A stretch of DNA of 64,000 nucleotides from an uncultured Bacteroidota bacterium (GCA_963766585.1 CAVYAV010000001.1:343761-407760); one strand, 5' to 3'; shown: positions 38,926-48,479, counted from the first letter of the stretch. Notes: generated by a model not told the origin, from the letters alone. Numbers and translations are program-made.

Positions 38926-40767
38926 ATGTGCGGAATTGTAGCTTATATCGGTCCCCGTGAAGCATATCCGGTAATCATGAAAGGGTTAAAACGCCTGGAA
39001 TACCGGGGATATGACAGTGCCGGAGTAGCACTTCTGGACAGTGAGAGTGATCTGAGGGTTTATAAAAAACAGGGCCGCGTTGCCGTACTGGAAGAAAGTA
39101 TTATTGGAAAAAACCTGCATGCAAACGCAGGTATTGGTCATACCCGTTGGGCTACCCATGGTGAACCGAGTGACCGGAATGCCCATCCGCACCTCTCAGC
39201 CAGCGGGAAATTAGCCATGATTCACAATGGAATCATTGAAAACTATGCGCAGCTCAAAACAGAACTGACAAAAAAGGGATACCATTTTAAAAGTGATACA
39301 GACACTGAAGTGCTGCTCAATTTTATTGAAGATATTCAGGAGAACAATATGTGCAGCCTGGAGGAAGCTTTGCGAATTGCCCTTAAACGCGTAATAGGCG
39401 CCTATGTTATTGTCCTTTTGGACAGGGGTCATCCTGATACCATTATTGCAGCCAGGAAAGGAAGTCCTCTGGTAATCGGCATAGGCAAAGGCGAGCATTT
39501 TCTTGCGTCCGATGCTTCGCCGATCATTGAGTATACCAAGGAAGTTGTATATGTGAATGATTATGAACTGGCCATTATCAAGAGTGACGAACTGATCCTT
39601 AAAAACCTGGGAAATGAGAAAATAACACCTTTCGTGCAGAAACTCGATCTCGAACTAACGGCAATTGAAAAAGGAGGATACGATCATTTCATGCTCAAGG
39701 AAATTTTTGAACAGCCGGATACCATCTTCGACTGTCTCCGCGGGAGACTGGACGCCACCAACGGAACTATTACTATGGCTGGCGTGCATAATAATCTGGA
39801 AAAACTCTGCCGGGCGAACAGAATAATCATGGTAGCCTGTGGCACCAGTTGGCATGCAGCATTAATTGCCGAATACATATTCGAGGAGATCTGCCGGATT
39901 CCGGTAGAAGTAGAATATGCATCCGAATTCCGGTATCGCAATCCGGTTATACTTCCCGAAGATGTAATCATAGCCATTTCACAAAGCGGTGAAACGGCAG
40001 ACACGATTGTAGCAATTGAAAAAGCAAAAGAGCAGGGGGCATTTATTTTCGGCGTGGTTAATGTTGTCGGATCATCCATCGCGCGGATTTCCCATGCGGG
40101 TGCTTACACACATGCCGGACCGGAAATCGGGGTGGCCAGTACAAAAGCATTTACTGGCCAGGTTGCAGTGCTGATCATGATTGCCCTGAAAATTGCATTT
40201 GAAAAACAAACGATTACGGAAGAAAGATTTATGCACCTGCTTGGCGAATTACAGGCTGTTCCTGAGAAGATAAAAGAATTACTCCGGTCTTCGGAACATA
40301 TCCGGAAACTGGCAGAAAAATATAAAAATGTGGGGGATGCCTTGTACCTGGGCAGAGGTAATAATTTTCCTGTTGCCCTGGAAGGAGCGCTCAAATTGAA
40401 AGAGATTTCATATATCCATGCTGAGGGCTACCCGGCAGCTGAAATGAAACATGGCCCGATAGCTCTGGTCGACGAAAACCTCCCGGTAGTTTTTGCTGCA
40501 CCTAAAAGTACCCATCACGAAAAGCTTGTAAGCAATATCCAGGAAATTAAGGCCAGAAAGGGAAAAGTTATTGCGGTTATCAGTGAAGGAGATGACGTAA
40601 TTGCGCAAATGGCGGATGACACCATGACCGTACCATTAACAGATGAACTGATCTCCCCCCTGCTTTCTGTTATCCCACTGCAGTTATTTGCCTGCTATAT
40701 GGGAATGGCAAAAGAACTGGATGTTGACAAACCCCGAAACCTGGCTAAAAGTGTAACTGTAGAATAA
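38926..40767 (+). CDS. glmS: Glutamine--fructose-6-phosphate aminotransferase (isomerizing)
   Basis: Starts MCGIVAY (N-terminal nucleophile Cys), has two SIS domains, and ends ...NLAKSVTVE. Confidence 0.95.
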   Translation: MCGIVAYIGPREAYPVIMKGLKRLEYRGYDSAGVALLDSESDLRVYKKQGRVAVLEESIIGKNLHANAGIGHTRWATHGEPSDRNAHPHLSASGKLAMIHNGIIENYAQLKTELTKKGYHFKSDTDTEVLLNFIEDIQENNMCSLEEALRIALKRVIGAYVIVLLDRGHPDTIIAARKGSPLVIGIGKGEHFLASDASPIIEYTKEVVYVNDYELAIIKSDELILKNLGNEKITPFVQKLDLELTAIEKGGYDHFMLKEIFEQPDTIFDCLRGRLDATNGTITMAGVHNNLEKLCRANRIIMVACGTSWHAALIAEYIFEEICRIPVEVEYASEFRYRNPVILPEDVIIAISQSGETADTIVAIEKAKEQGAFIFGVVNVVGSSIARISHAGAYTHAGPEIGVASTKAFTGQVAVLIMIALKIAFEKQTITEERFMHLLGELQAVPEKIKELLRSSEHIRKLAEKYKNVGDALYLGRGNNFPVALEGALKLKEISYIHAEGYPAAEMKHGPIALVDENLPVVFAAPKSTHHEKLVSNIQEIKARKGKVIAVISEGDDVIAQMADDTMTVPLTDELISPLLSVIPLQLFACYMGMAKELDVDKPRNLAKSVTVE

Positions 40768-40774
40768 AAACTGC

Positions 40775-43036
40775 ATGAATCAGATTATCAAGACACCGCT
40801 CCGCAATCTTGGATATGACTTTATTCCCCCGGAATTTATTCCGGAAGGTAAGGATGAATACTATCTGCGCAACGAACAACAGACCGTTTCCGGGCATTAT
40901 CGTCATCTCAAAATGGATGAAGTGGAGGAGCTGAAAAAAAACGGAAATAAATCGGATGACTGGAATTTAGTAATGGTTTTGGGGAAATTTTTACCTGATC
41001 TCATTCATCAGTGCAAATTCTATGGGTTGGTTCGCATTGGCGTACTGGAGCCCTTTTATCTCGAATTTCATAATCTGCGACGTCCGGTTGGGTTATATAA
41101 CAGCACAATTATCAGTTGTGATATTGGCAACAATGTGGTCATCGACAACGTTAACTATCTTTCTCACTATATCATTGGCAGCGACGTGATCATTATAAAC
41201 GTTAGCGAGATTGAAACTACGGATCACGCAAAATTTGGAAATGGTATTTTAAAAGATGGCGAGCCAGAATCCATCCGTATACAACTAGAAGTATGCAATG
41301 AAAACGGAGGGCGCAGTATTATCCCCTTTGATGGGATGTTACCTGGAGATGCGTGGCTTTTCAGCCGGTTCCGCGACGACCAGCTACTCCAGGAAAAACT
41401 CAGGTTATTCAGTGATCTGGAATCTGATAAGAGGCGAGGGTTTTATGGAACCATTGGCGACCGTACGGTTATCAAAAACTGCAAAATAATAAAGGACGTC
41501 AGGATTGGAACAGATGCCTATCTGAAAGGTGCTAATAAATTGAAAAACCTGACCATCCACTCATCAGCAGATTCAAAAACACAAATCGGAGAAGGATGCG
41601 AACTGGTGAATGGAATCATTGGTAACGGATGCAGAATATTTTACGGCGTCAAGGCGGTTCGGTTTATACTTGCTTCTCATTCACAGCTTAAGTACGGAGC
41701 CCGTCTGATCAATTCCTATCTCGGCAACAATTCCACGATTTCCTGTTGTGAGGTATTGAATTCTTTGATTTTTCCCGCCCACGAGCAGCATCATAATAAT
41801 TCTTTTTTATGTGCATCCCTGCTGATGGGTCAAACGAATATGGCAGCTGGAGCCACTGTCGGATCCAATCATAATTCAAGAGGAGCCGATGGCGAGTTGA
41901 TCGCAGGCCGCGGATTCTGGCCGGGCCTGTGCGTTAGTGTAAAACACAATTCACGGTTTGCTTCTTTCATCATAATGGCCAAAGGGAATTATCCGGCTGA
42001 ACTGAATATCCCGATCCCTTTTTCCCTGGTAAGCAATGATGTGTCGAACGACGAGTTAATCATCATGCCGGCATATTGGTTTATGCATAATATGTATGCG
42101 CTGGCCAGAAATGCCTGGAAATATGGCGACCGTGATAAAAGACAGGAGAAAATTCAGTTGCTGGAATATGATTACCTCGCTCCTGACAGCATAACTGAAA
42201 TCGCTTCCGGTATTGAACAACTGCAGCTGATTGTAGCCCGGTCATGGCTGCATCATCAAAACCAGTCCACTATAACCAAGGAAGATATGCTGGTCAGGAA
42301 TAATATTTATGCGGATTTGACCGCACTAAAAAAACAGGGTAAACATTTACTGGACAGTAATGACCCGACTCTGCATACCATTTCTTTTTTTGCAGAAGGA
42401 TATGAAAACAGTTCACGTAAAATCAGGGTAATAAAACTTTTAAAGGGATATGCCATTTTCAACGAACTGATAACACATTATGCGATTGAACAAATCCTGA
42501 TCAACCTGAATTCCGATCAGTACAATAACCTTGCTGAATTCCAGGCATCACTTCCAGAAAATAATAATCCGGCTACCTGGGTGAACGCAGGAGGCCAGCT
42601 GATTCAAAAGTCTTCCCTGAATGATTTAATTACTGATATACACCGGGAAGCTATATCCGGCTGGAACGAGGTCCATCAATTTTATTTAACGGCTGGCAAA
42701 AATTACCCCAAAGACAAATTACACCACGCACTTGACATTCTCTTCCATGTACATGGCATTTCCATTAAAAAAATAAATCTGGCAGAATTCAGGAAGCTAC
42801 TCATGGAAAGTGTAGCGACTGCCGAATGGATCACAAAAGGAATATACAATTCCAGAAAAAAAGACTACCTGAATCCGTTTCGCAAAATGGTATATGAAAG
42901 CCAGGCGGAGATGGATCAGGTGATTGGCAAACTGGATGATAATGGTTTTATCAACAACCAGAATTTGGTATTTAAGGAATATCAGAACACCATACATAAT
43001 CTGATCCGCAGATGGAAGCTTCCTGAAAATATTTAA
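40775..43036 (+). CDS. DUF4954-like protein with central left-handed beta-helix (hexapeptide-repeat) region
   Basis: 753 aa, 7 nt downstream of glmS. Hexapeptide-like repeats lie around ...IGTDAYLKGANKLKNLTIHSSADSKTQIGEGCELVNGIIGNGCRIFYGVKA... The family name is from memory of Bacteroidota annotations. Confidence 0.55.
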   Translation: MNQIIKTPLRNLGYDFIPPEFIPEGKDEYYLRNEQQTVSGHYRHLKMDEVEELKKNGNKSDDWNLVMVLGKFLPDLIHQCKFYGLVRIGVLEPFYLEFHNLRRPVGLYNSTIISCDIGNNVVIDNVNYLSHYIIGSDVIIINVSEIETTDHAKFGNGILKDGEPESIRIQLEVCNENGGRSIIPFDGMLPGDAWLFSRFRDDQLLQEKLRLFSDLESDKRRGFYGTIGDRTVIKNCKIIKDVRIGTDAYLKGANKLKNLTIHSSADSKTQIGEGCELVNGIIGNGCRIFYGVKAVRFILASHSQLKYGARLINSYLGNNSTISCCEVLNSLIFPAHEQHHNNSFLCASLLMGQTNMAAGATVGSNHNSRGADGELIAGRGFWPGLCVSVKHNSRFASFIIMAKGNYPAELNIPIPFSLVSNDVSNDELIIMPAYWFMHNMYALARNAWKYGDRDKRQEKIQLLEYDYLAPDSITEIASGIEQLQLIVARSWLHHQNQSTITKEDMLVRNNIYADLTALKKQGKHLLDSNDPTLHTISFFAEGYENSSRKIRVIKLLKGYAIFNELITHYAIEQILINLNSDQYNNLAEFQASLPENNNPATWVNAGGQLIQKSSLNDLITDIHREAISGWNEVHQFYLTAGKNYPKDKLHHALDILFHVHGISIKKINLAEFRKLLMESVATAEWITKGIYNSRKKDYLNPFRKMVYESQAEMDQVIGKLDDNGFINNQNLVFKEYQNTIHNLIRRWKLPENI

Positions 43037-45135
43037 TCGATTTTAAACTCAAGGGAATGTTTATTACCTGATGAATCAAAGGCTCTGAAAATATATATAC
43101 CTTTTGAAACAATGCCTTGATTCACGCTGAAAATCGTTTGTTCATCACGCAATTCCATTTTACCCTTTAATATAATCTGACCATTAATGGAAATGATGTC
43201 ATAATTCCAATTCTCCGGGAATAGTGTAGTCCGGATCATGATCTTTCCTGCTGACGAATTGCCTGTGCCAGGCAACCATCTCAAACTTATTTCATCATTG
43301 CCCTTTTCGAAGGTTACGGTTTTCCCGGTATATTGCTCCCCGTGAACGTCCGTCATCCGGATTTTGAAATAATGTTTTCCATTTTTAATAGGGGATTGAT
43401 CATACCATTGATAAAAATTCTGGTTATTGACAGCATCAATCCGGGCAATGCAGTTTTGTAGCCCATCGGTTTCGTCTAACAATTCAAAATGATCTGCCTG
43501 TTCGGAACTATGAACAGTCCAGGAGAATAAAGCACCGCCAGAAACTTCTTTTATCTTCAGATCCAGAACTGTAATGGGCAACGGATTCTCAAGATTGGCC
43601 GTGCTGGCCAGGGTATAATTGCTGGTTGAAAATTCCACAGGATTACTCAGCACTGAACCCTGAATAAAATTACCTGTGATGGCGGAGTGACCGGCATTTT
43701 TCCATTGCGATTCCTGAAACCCGGCAACTGTTAAATAATTTGTATCCGTAACCCCGCCACTTTGCGGGGTTGAAAAAGACAATTCTAAAATCGTCTGATC
43801 ATTTAGTATTCCATCTGCTTTCAGTGTCCAGTATTCAAGTTTTGAAATATGATCAATACCAGCTCCGAGGCTGCTGCCAAGGGTTCCGGGATTTTGATGA
43901 ATATATTCCGCTGTAAAATTTCCACTCACCTGTTTAAGTTCTAACCATCGCAGGTAACCATCTTTTCCTATTGGAAATAAAAAATGATCATCTTTGTTTA
44001 ACCCCTGCTTTCGGAGGGGGCCATCTACATAGGGACTGCCGGGTCCGGCGCTGTCAGCACGAACGGTGCAACCCGAATCCAGTATGAGCAGGTTTGACTG
44101 CGAACTGTAGATATTACCCTGCCTGAGATCCAGGTTCCAGGAAAGGGTGAGCGGCAACTGCAACTTTGCTCCAGACAAGTTATTCATCCGGAACCCAACC
44201 TGGTTTATGATCACACCTGCCATGGCTATTTCCTGTAAACGATTGCCATTTAATTCTAGAACGGGATTTCCATTCGAAGTTTCAGTAATTACGGCCCCCG
44301 GTGACTGATACAGGTCTCCCCCCACCCGGAAAACGGTGTTATTTGTTCCCCCGCCTTCCATATTCATCTGACCGCCTTCCTGAATGAAATCTCCCAGCAC
44401 CAGCATATTCCCATTTATGCCAGTTAGATTCATACTCAGGTGCACATTAGAGCCAAGCCGGAAGTCACCCCTTACCTGAAGAGGATTTGCACCCGTGCAG
44501 GTATAACTGACCACGCCACCATAAGCATTGGCATGTAATTCAAGGCTTCCGTAAATTCTATTGCTTACGGAAATAGTATAAGCAGCTTTAGGAACATCAA
44601 AATCAAATATACCCTGCTCTGTACCGGGCGCTGTGGACAAATACCTGAGTATACTGTTTGCATGAGCGGCCCTGGTCTGGTGAATATACCGGGCCCCGTC
44701 GTAAATAATAATTGAATCGGCAATCTGAAGCGATTCACCCGAAGAAAGTCCGGATGCATTGCGGAAAATGGCACCGGCAAATAAAGCAATCCCATAACCG
44801 GGACCCGTAACCGAAAAAGCATCCGTTAATATATTAGAGACTGGTAAAATCAATTCAATATTCCGGCCAGGAGAAGGTTTGATTTGCAAAGTCCGGAGAA
44901 TGACCTGTACATCAGGAAGGATCACCTGATAAGAAACTGGCAGATCGCCATTGTCCAGAAGGACGTCATCGGTGTTAAGTGGAATAACCTGGTCTGACCA
45001 ATTCAGAGGATTGATCCACCTGGAATCACCTCCATAACCGGTCCAGGTTTTGATTTCTGCTATACTCCTGGCAGGAATGAAGTAACATATCAGGAAGAAA
45101 AATGGCAAACGGTATTTGAAATTGCATAAACGCAT
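43033..45135 (-). CDS. Secreted protein of unknown function with T9SS type-A C-terminal sorting domain
   Basis: Signal peptide MRLCNFKYRLPFFFLICYFIPARSIA (the ATG at 45135 is preferred over the TTG at 45150). The C-terminal ~70 aa ...YDIISINGQIILKGKMELRDEQTIFSVNQGIVSKGIYIFRAFDSSGNKHSLEFKID fit the T9SS CTD pattern. Confidence 0.7.
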   Translation of the reverse strand: MRLCNFKYRLPFFFLICYFIPARSIAEIKTWTGYGGDSRWINPLNWSDQVIPLNTDDVLLDNGDLPVSYQVILPDVQVILRTLQIKPSPGRNIELILPVSNILTDAFSVTGPGYGIALFAGAIFRNASGLSSGESLQIADSIIIYDGARYIHQTRAAHANSILRYLSTAPGTEQGIFDFDVPKAAYTISVSNRIYGSLELHANAYGGVVSYTCTGANPLQVRGDFRLGSNVHLSMNLTGINGNMLVLGDFIQEGGQMNMEGGGTNNTVFRVGGDLYQSPGAVITETSNGNPVLELNGNRLQEIAMAGVIINQVGFRMNNLSGAKLQLPLTLSWNLDLRQGNIYSSQSNLLILDSGCTVRADSAGPGSPYVDGPLRKQGLNKDDHFLFPIGKDGYLRWLELKQVSGNFTAEYIHQNPGTLGSSLGAGIDHISKLEYWTLKADGILNDQTILELSFSTPQSGGVTDTNYLTVAGFQESQWKNAGHSAITGNFIQGSVLSNPVEFSTSNYTLASTANLENPLPITVLDLKIKEVSGGALFSWTVHSSEQADHFELLDETDGLQNCIARIDAVNNQNFYQWYDQSPIKNGKHYFKIRMTDVHGEQYTGKTVTFEKGNDEISLRWLPGTGNSSAGKIMIRTTLFPENWNYDIISINGQIILKGKMELRDEQTIFSVNQGIVSKGIYIFRAFDSSGNKHSLEFKID

Positions 45136-45194
45136 TCTGCAAAATAGCAATGGGCATAACCGGCGCCAATACCATTTTGTGGTAGGAGTAGAAT

Positions 45195-45224
45195 AAAAAA
45201 ATCCCCCCGGTTCAGGCCGGAGGG
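45195..45224 (-). terminator. Rho-independent terminator of the small lipoprotein gene
   Basis: On the minus strand, ccctccgg / ccgggggg forms an 8-bp stem with one G-U pair, followed by a 7-U tract (complement of the A-run at 45195-45201). Confidence 0.75.
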
Positions 45225-45243
45225 ACTCAGCTCTTTACATGAA

Positions 45244-45480
45244 CTATTTCTTAGTGTCTTTCTTTGTACTATCAGCAACAGTCTTTAAAACTGTTTTTGC
45301 AGTGTCAGCAGCAGCTTTGATAGTAGAATCCACCTTTGCGGCCGTTGAATCAATTACTTTGGCAGCACTATCTACAATTGCTTTGGTAGCAGAATCCGAT
45401 TTTGCGGCAGCTTCAGAACTTCCACCACTACAGGAACTTAGCGCAGCAGCAATTACGAGAAGAGTCAGGAACTTTTTCAT
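45244..45480 (-). CDS. Small Ala/Lys/Ser/Asp-rich lipoprotein (78 aa) with short amphipathic repeats
   Basis: Lipobox MKKFLTLLVIAAALSSC, then AKSDSATKAIVDSAAKVIDSTAAKVDSTIKAAADTAKTVLKTVADSTKKDTKK. It has its own -7 box and terminator. Confidence 0.65.
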   Translation of the reverse strand: MKKFLTLLVIAAALSSCSGGSSEAAAKSDSATKAIVDSAAKVIDSTAAKVDSTIKAAADTAKTVLKTVADSTKKDTKK

Positions 45481-45501
45481 TTGGGTTATTTTAGTTTTGC
45501 G

Positions 45502-45509
45502 CAAATCTA
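45502..45509 (-). promoter_or_regulatory. -7 promoter box (TAGATTTG on minus strand) upstream of the small lipoprotein gene
   Basis: Exact TAnnTTTG match, 21 nt upstream of the ATG at 45480. Confidence 0.4.
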
Positions 45510-45562
45510 ATCAGTGCAAGCCGATAATCCAAGATCACAGGCATTGTCGAATCTTACGCATC

Positions 45563-46873
45563 TTACTTTTTTCTGAAATAAATACGTATGGGTACGCCTT
45601 CCAACGGAAAACTTTTGCGCATTTGGTTTTCAAGATAATTCCGGTAGGGCTGTTTGATATCGTCAGGATAATTACTGAAAAAAGCAAATGAAGGTACCGG
45701 AGTAGGCAGCTGGGAAATGAATTTTATTTTAATGGAATGTCCCCGTACCACCGGTGCGTGGTAATTCTCCACGGCTTTCAGCATTACCTCATTTAATTTC
45801 GAGGTTGGGATTTTCCGGCTCCTGTTTTCATAAACTTCCAGTGCGGTTTCAATGACTTTAAAAATGCGGGTCTTTTCTTTGGCAGAAATGAAAATAATCG
45901 GCAGGTCTGTAAAAGGTGCGAACCGCTCCTTGAGTTTTTCTGTGTAATCCCGGGAAGTATTGGTTACCTTATCTACAAGGTCCCACTTATTAACAACCAC
46001 CACGAGTCCCTTTCCTTTTTTAACCGCGAGACTAAAAATATTCAGATCCTGCGCAGTGATACCCTTCTCTGCATCCAGCAGCAGCAGGCATACATCCGCT
46101 TCATCCATGGCCTTAATGGCCCGGATCACCGAATAAAATTCAAGATCCTCATGCACTTTAGTTTTCCTCCGGATACCGGCGGTATCGATCAGGACAAAAT
46201 CTTTTTTGAATAAATTGTAGTGGGTGTGAATACTATCCCTTGTAGTGCCTGCAATTTCACTGACGATGGTTCTTTCGCTTCCTACCAGGGCATTGAGCAG
46301 GGAGGATTTCCCCACGTTCGGCTGACCGATAATGGCAAACTTCGGCAGCGTGGATTCTGTTTCCTCTTCTTCTGTTTTTGGGATAAGATCTGTGATGGCA
46401 TCCAGCACTTCCCCGGTACCACTTCCACTCATAGCTGAGATAAAAAATATATGATCGAAACCGAGACTGTAAAATTCCGCTGCTTCCAGCAGACGGTCGC
46501 TGTTATCCACTTTATTCACCACTAAGAATACCGGTTTTACTGACCTCCGCAACAGATCAGCCATAGATTCGTCCAGGTTGGTAATTCCGGTAGCAGTGTC
46601 GGTCATGAAAATGATAGCATTAGCCTCCTCCACTGCAATCAGAACCTGCTTTTTTATTTCCTGTTCAAAAACATCATCACTTTCAGGAACAAAACCACCG
46701 GTATCGATTACATTAAAAGTTTTACCGTTCCAGTCAGCAATACCATATTGCCTGTCCCGCGTTACACCGCTTACGTCATCCACAATGGCTTTGCGTTGTT
46801 CAAGCAGCCGGTTAAATAAAGTGCTTTTACCCACATTCGGCCTTCCTGTTATTGCTACTGTAAATCCGGACAT
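45563..46873 (-). CDS. der: Ribosome biogenesis GTPase Der (EngA)
   Basis: Two tandem GTPase domains (GRPNVGKST...DTGG...NKVD and GQPNVGKSS...DTAG...NKWD) plus a KH-like C-terminus. Confidence 0.95.
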   Translation of the reverse strand: MSGFTVAITGRPNVGKSTLFNRLLEQRKAIVDDVSGVTRDRQYGIADWNGKTFNVIDTGGFVPESDDVFEQEIKKQVLIAVEEANAIIFMTDTATGITNLDESMADLLRRSVKPVFLVVNKVDNSDRLLEAAEFYSLGFDHIFFISAMSGSGTGEVLDAITDLIPKTEEEETESTLPKFAIIGQPNVGKSSLLNALVGSERTIVSEIAGTTRDSIHTHYNLFKKDFVLIDTAGIRRKTKVHEDLEFYSVIRAIKAMDEADVCLLLLDAEKGITAQDLNIFSLAVKKGKGLVVVVNKWDLVDKVTNTSRDYTEKLKERFAPFTDLPIIFISAKEKTRIFKVIETALEVYENRSRKIPTSKLNEVMLKAVENYHAPVVRGHSIKIKFISQLPTPVPSFAFFSNYPDDIKQPYRNYLENQMRKSFPLEGVPIRIYFRKK

Positions 46874-46898
46874 GTATGAAAAATATTAAAGTGCTGAA

Positions 46899-47765
46899 TT
46901 AATAACCATATTCCCGAAGCTGCCATTCATTGTCTCGCCATTTTGGACGAACTTTTACAAAGAGTTCAAGGAAAACTTTTCTTCCGATAAATGCTTCTAT
47001 TTCTTTTCTCGCTTCTGATCCCAGCTGTTTGATCATCTTCCCCCCTTCTCCCAGCAAAATCCCCTTTTGCGTTTCCCGTTGCACAATTATATCAGCCTGT
47101 ATTTTAGTGAGCGTATCCTTGTCCCGATATTCCTGAACCAGTACGGCCGTGTGGTAAGGGATTTCATCTTCATACATACTAAAGATTTTCTCCCGTATCA
47201 TTTCCCCGACAAAAAATTTCATCGGCCGGTCAGTCATTTCTTCCCCGTCAAAAAATGGTTCTCCTTCCGGAAGGTGATGAATGATGCGTTCAAATAAAAT
47301 ATCGGTATTGATTTTTTTAAGGGCAGAAATGGCCAGGATTTCGGTACAGTATTTTTTATCCATGAAAAAAACTTTCACGGCTTCCACTTCTTCCTTATCC
47401 ATCCGCTCACTCTTATTAATCAGGACCAGGGCCGGCACTTTAAGGTGAAGTCCTGAAAAAATCTGATCGTTCTCTTCCAGATTGTCCCTGCCATCCAATA
47501 ATAATAATGCAAGATCCGTATCTGCAACCGCCTGTTTTACCGTATCCATCATCTTCTCATGCAGTTTATACCTCGGGTCAATTATCCCCGGTGTATCAGA
47601 TAATACCATTTGATAAGCAGGATCTGTAAGGATTCCCTTGATGCGGTGACGGGTAGTTTGAACTTTGGGGGATACGATGGCCAGTTTTTCACCCATCAGG
47701 GCGTTTAGGAGGGTGCTTTTCCCAGCGTTTGGCTTTCCGAATAAATTGACAAATCCTGATTTCAT
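46899..47765 (-). CDS. era: GTPase Era
   Basis: GKPNAGKST, DTPG and LINKSE G-motifs plus a C-terminal KH domain. The ATG at 47765 is preferred because a -7 box lies between it and the upstream ATG at 47798. Confidence 0.9.
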   Translation of the reverse strand: MKSGFVNLFGKPNAGKSTLLNALMGEKLAIVSPKVQTTRHRIKGILTDPAYQMVLSDTPGIIDPRYKLHEKMMDTVKQAVADTDLALLLLDGRDNLEENDQIFSGLHLKVPALVLINKSERMDKEEVEAVKVFFMDKKYCTEILAISALKKINTDILFERIIHHLPEGEPFFDGEEMTDRPMKFFVGEMIREKIFSMYEDEIPYHTAVLVQEYRDKDTLTKIQADIIVQRETQKGILLGEGGKMIKQLGSEARKEIEAFIGRKVFLELFVKVRPKWRDNEWQLREYGY

Positions 47766-47774
47766 AAACGGCTG

Positions 47775-47782
47775 CAAAGGTA
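47775..47782 (-). promoter_or_regulatory. -7 promoter box (TACCTTTG on minus strand) upstream of era
   Basis: Exact TAnnTTTG match, 9 nt upstream of the ATG at 47765. Confidence 0.35.
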
Positions 47783-47908
47783 ACCATTCGGCGGTCAAAC
47801 AGGGCTCCTATAAAGGGGAAACAGGCACTTTAACAGGTTTTGGGTGATTTTTTCATGGAAATCCAATTTTTAGCCCTAGCTTCGTTGTTTAAACATTAAA
47901 TATATTTT

Positions 47909-48442
47909 ATGGCAACAACTAAGTGGACACTCGACCCCGCGCATGCAGAAATTCAATTTAAGGTGAGACACCTTATGATATCCCATGTAACCGGCTCCTT
48001 CAGCCAATTTGATGCCGCCATTGAAACGACAGATGACAATTTCGATACCTCAAAAATCAGTTTTTCGGCTGAAATTGACTCCATTACCACGAATAACGAA
48101 CAGCGTGACGGCCATCTCAAAAGTGCTGATTTTTTTGAATCCTCCAAATTTCCCACCCTTTCCTTTGTGAGCACAAAATTTGAAAAGGTATCTGGGGAAG
48201 AATATATATTATACGGCGACCTTAACTTTCATGGTGTTACGAAAAATGTAAAACTGCTGGTGGAACATGGAGGTATCATAAAGGATCCCTGGGGCAATAC
48301 CCGAACCGGTTTTACTGTGGATGGTAAAATCAACCGGAAAGATTATGGCCTGGCTTGGAATGCAGCCACAGAGGCAGGTGGTGTAGTATTGGGAGAAGAT
48401 ATTAAACTACACGCAAATGTTGAATTTATAAAAGCGGTATAA
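47909..48442 (+). CDS. YceI-family protein
   Basis: 177 aa; WTLDPAHAEIQFKVRHLMISHVTGSF... and ...LHGVTKNV... match the YceI-like domain. Confidence 0.85.
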   Translation: MATTKWTLDPAHAEIQFKVRHLMISHVTGSFSQFDAAIETTDDNFDTSKISFSAEIDSITTNNEQRDGHLKSADFFESSKFPTLSFVSTKFEKVSGEEYILYGDLNFHGVTKNVKLLVEHGGIIKDPWGNTRTGFTVDGKINRKDYGLAWNAATEAGGVVLGEDIKLHANVEFIKAV

Positions 48443-48479
48443 TATGTTAAATCGGACTTTATATTGAATCGGACTTCAA

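Noticed and set aside
45239-45691. 150-aa + strand ORF spanning the small lipoprotein gene and the 3' end of der.
   Set aside because: It is antisense to two better-supported genes and crosses a promoter/intergenic region. Its Ala/Ser-rich translation simply mirrors the Ala-rich lipoprotein codons.
47766-47798. Upstream ATG giving an 11-aa N-terminal extension of Era (MTAEWLPLQPF…). Similar upstream starts were checked for rpiA (53227), the IscA/ErpA-family gene (25547), the SBP gene (5498), the TlpA-like gene (841), msrA (55381), the T9SS cargo gene (45150) and the sensor kinase gene (17491).
   Set aside because: The downstream ATGs give canonical N-termini or signal peptides. They avoid overlaps with neighbours or sit downstream of TAnnTTTG boxes. 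Several of the upstream starts are TTG codons.
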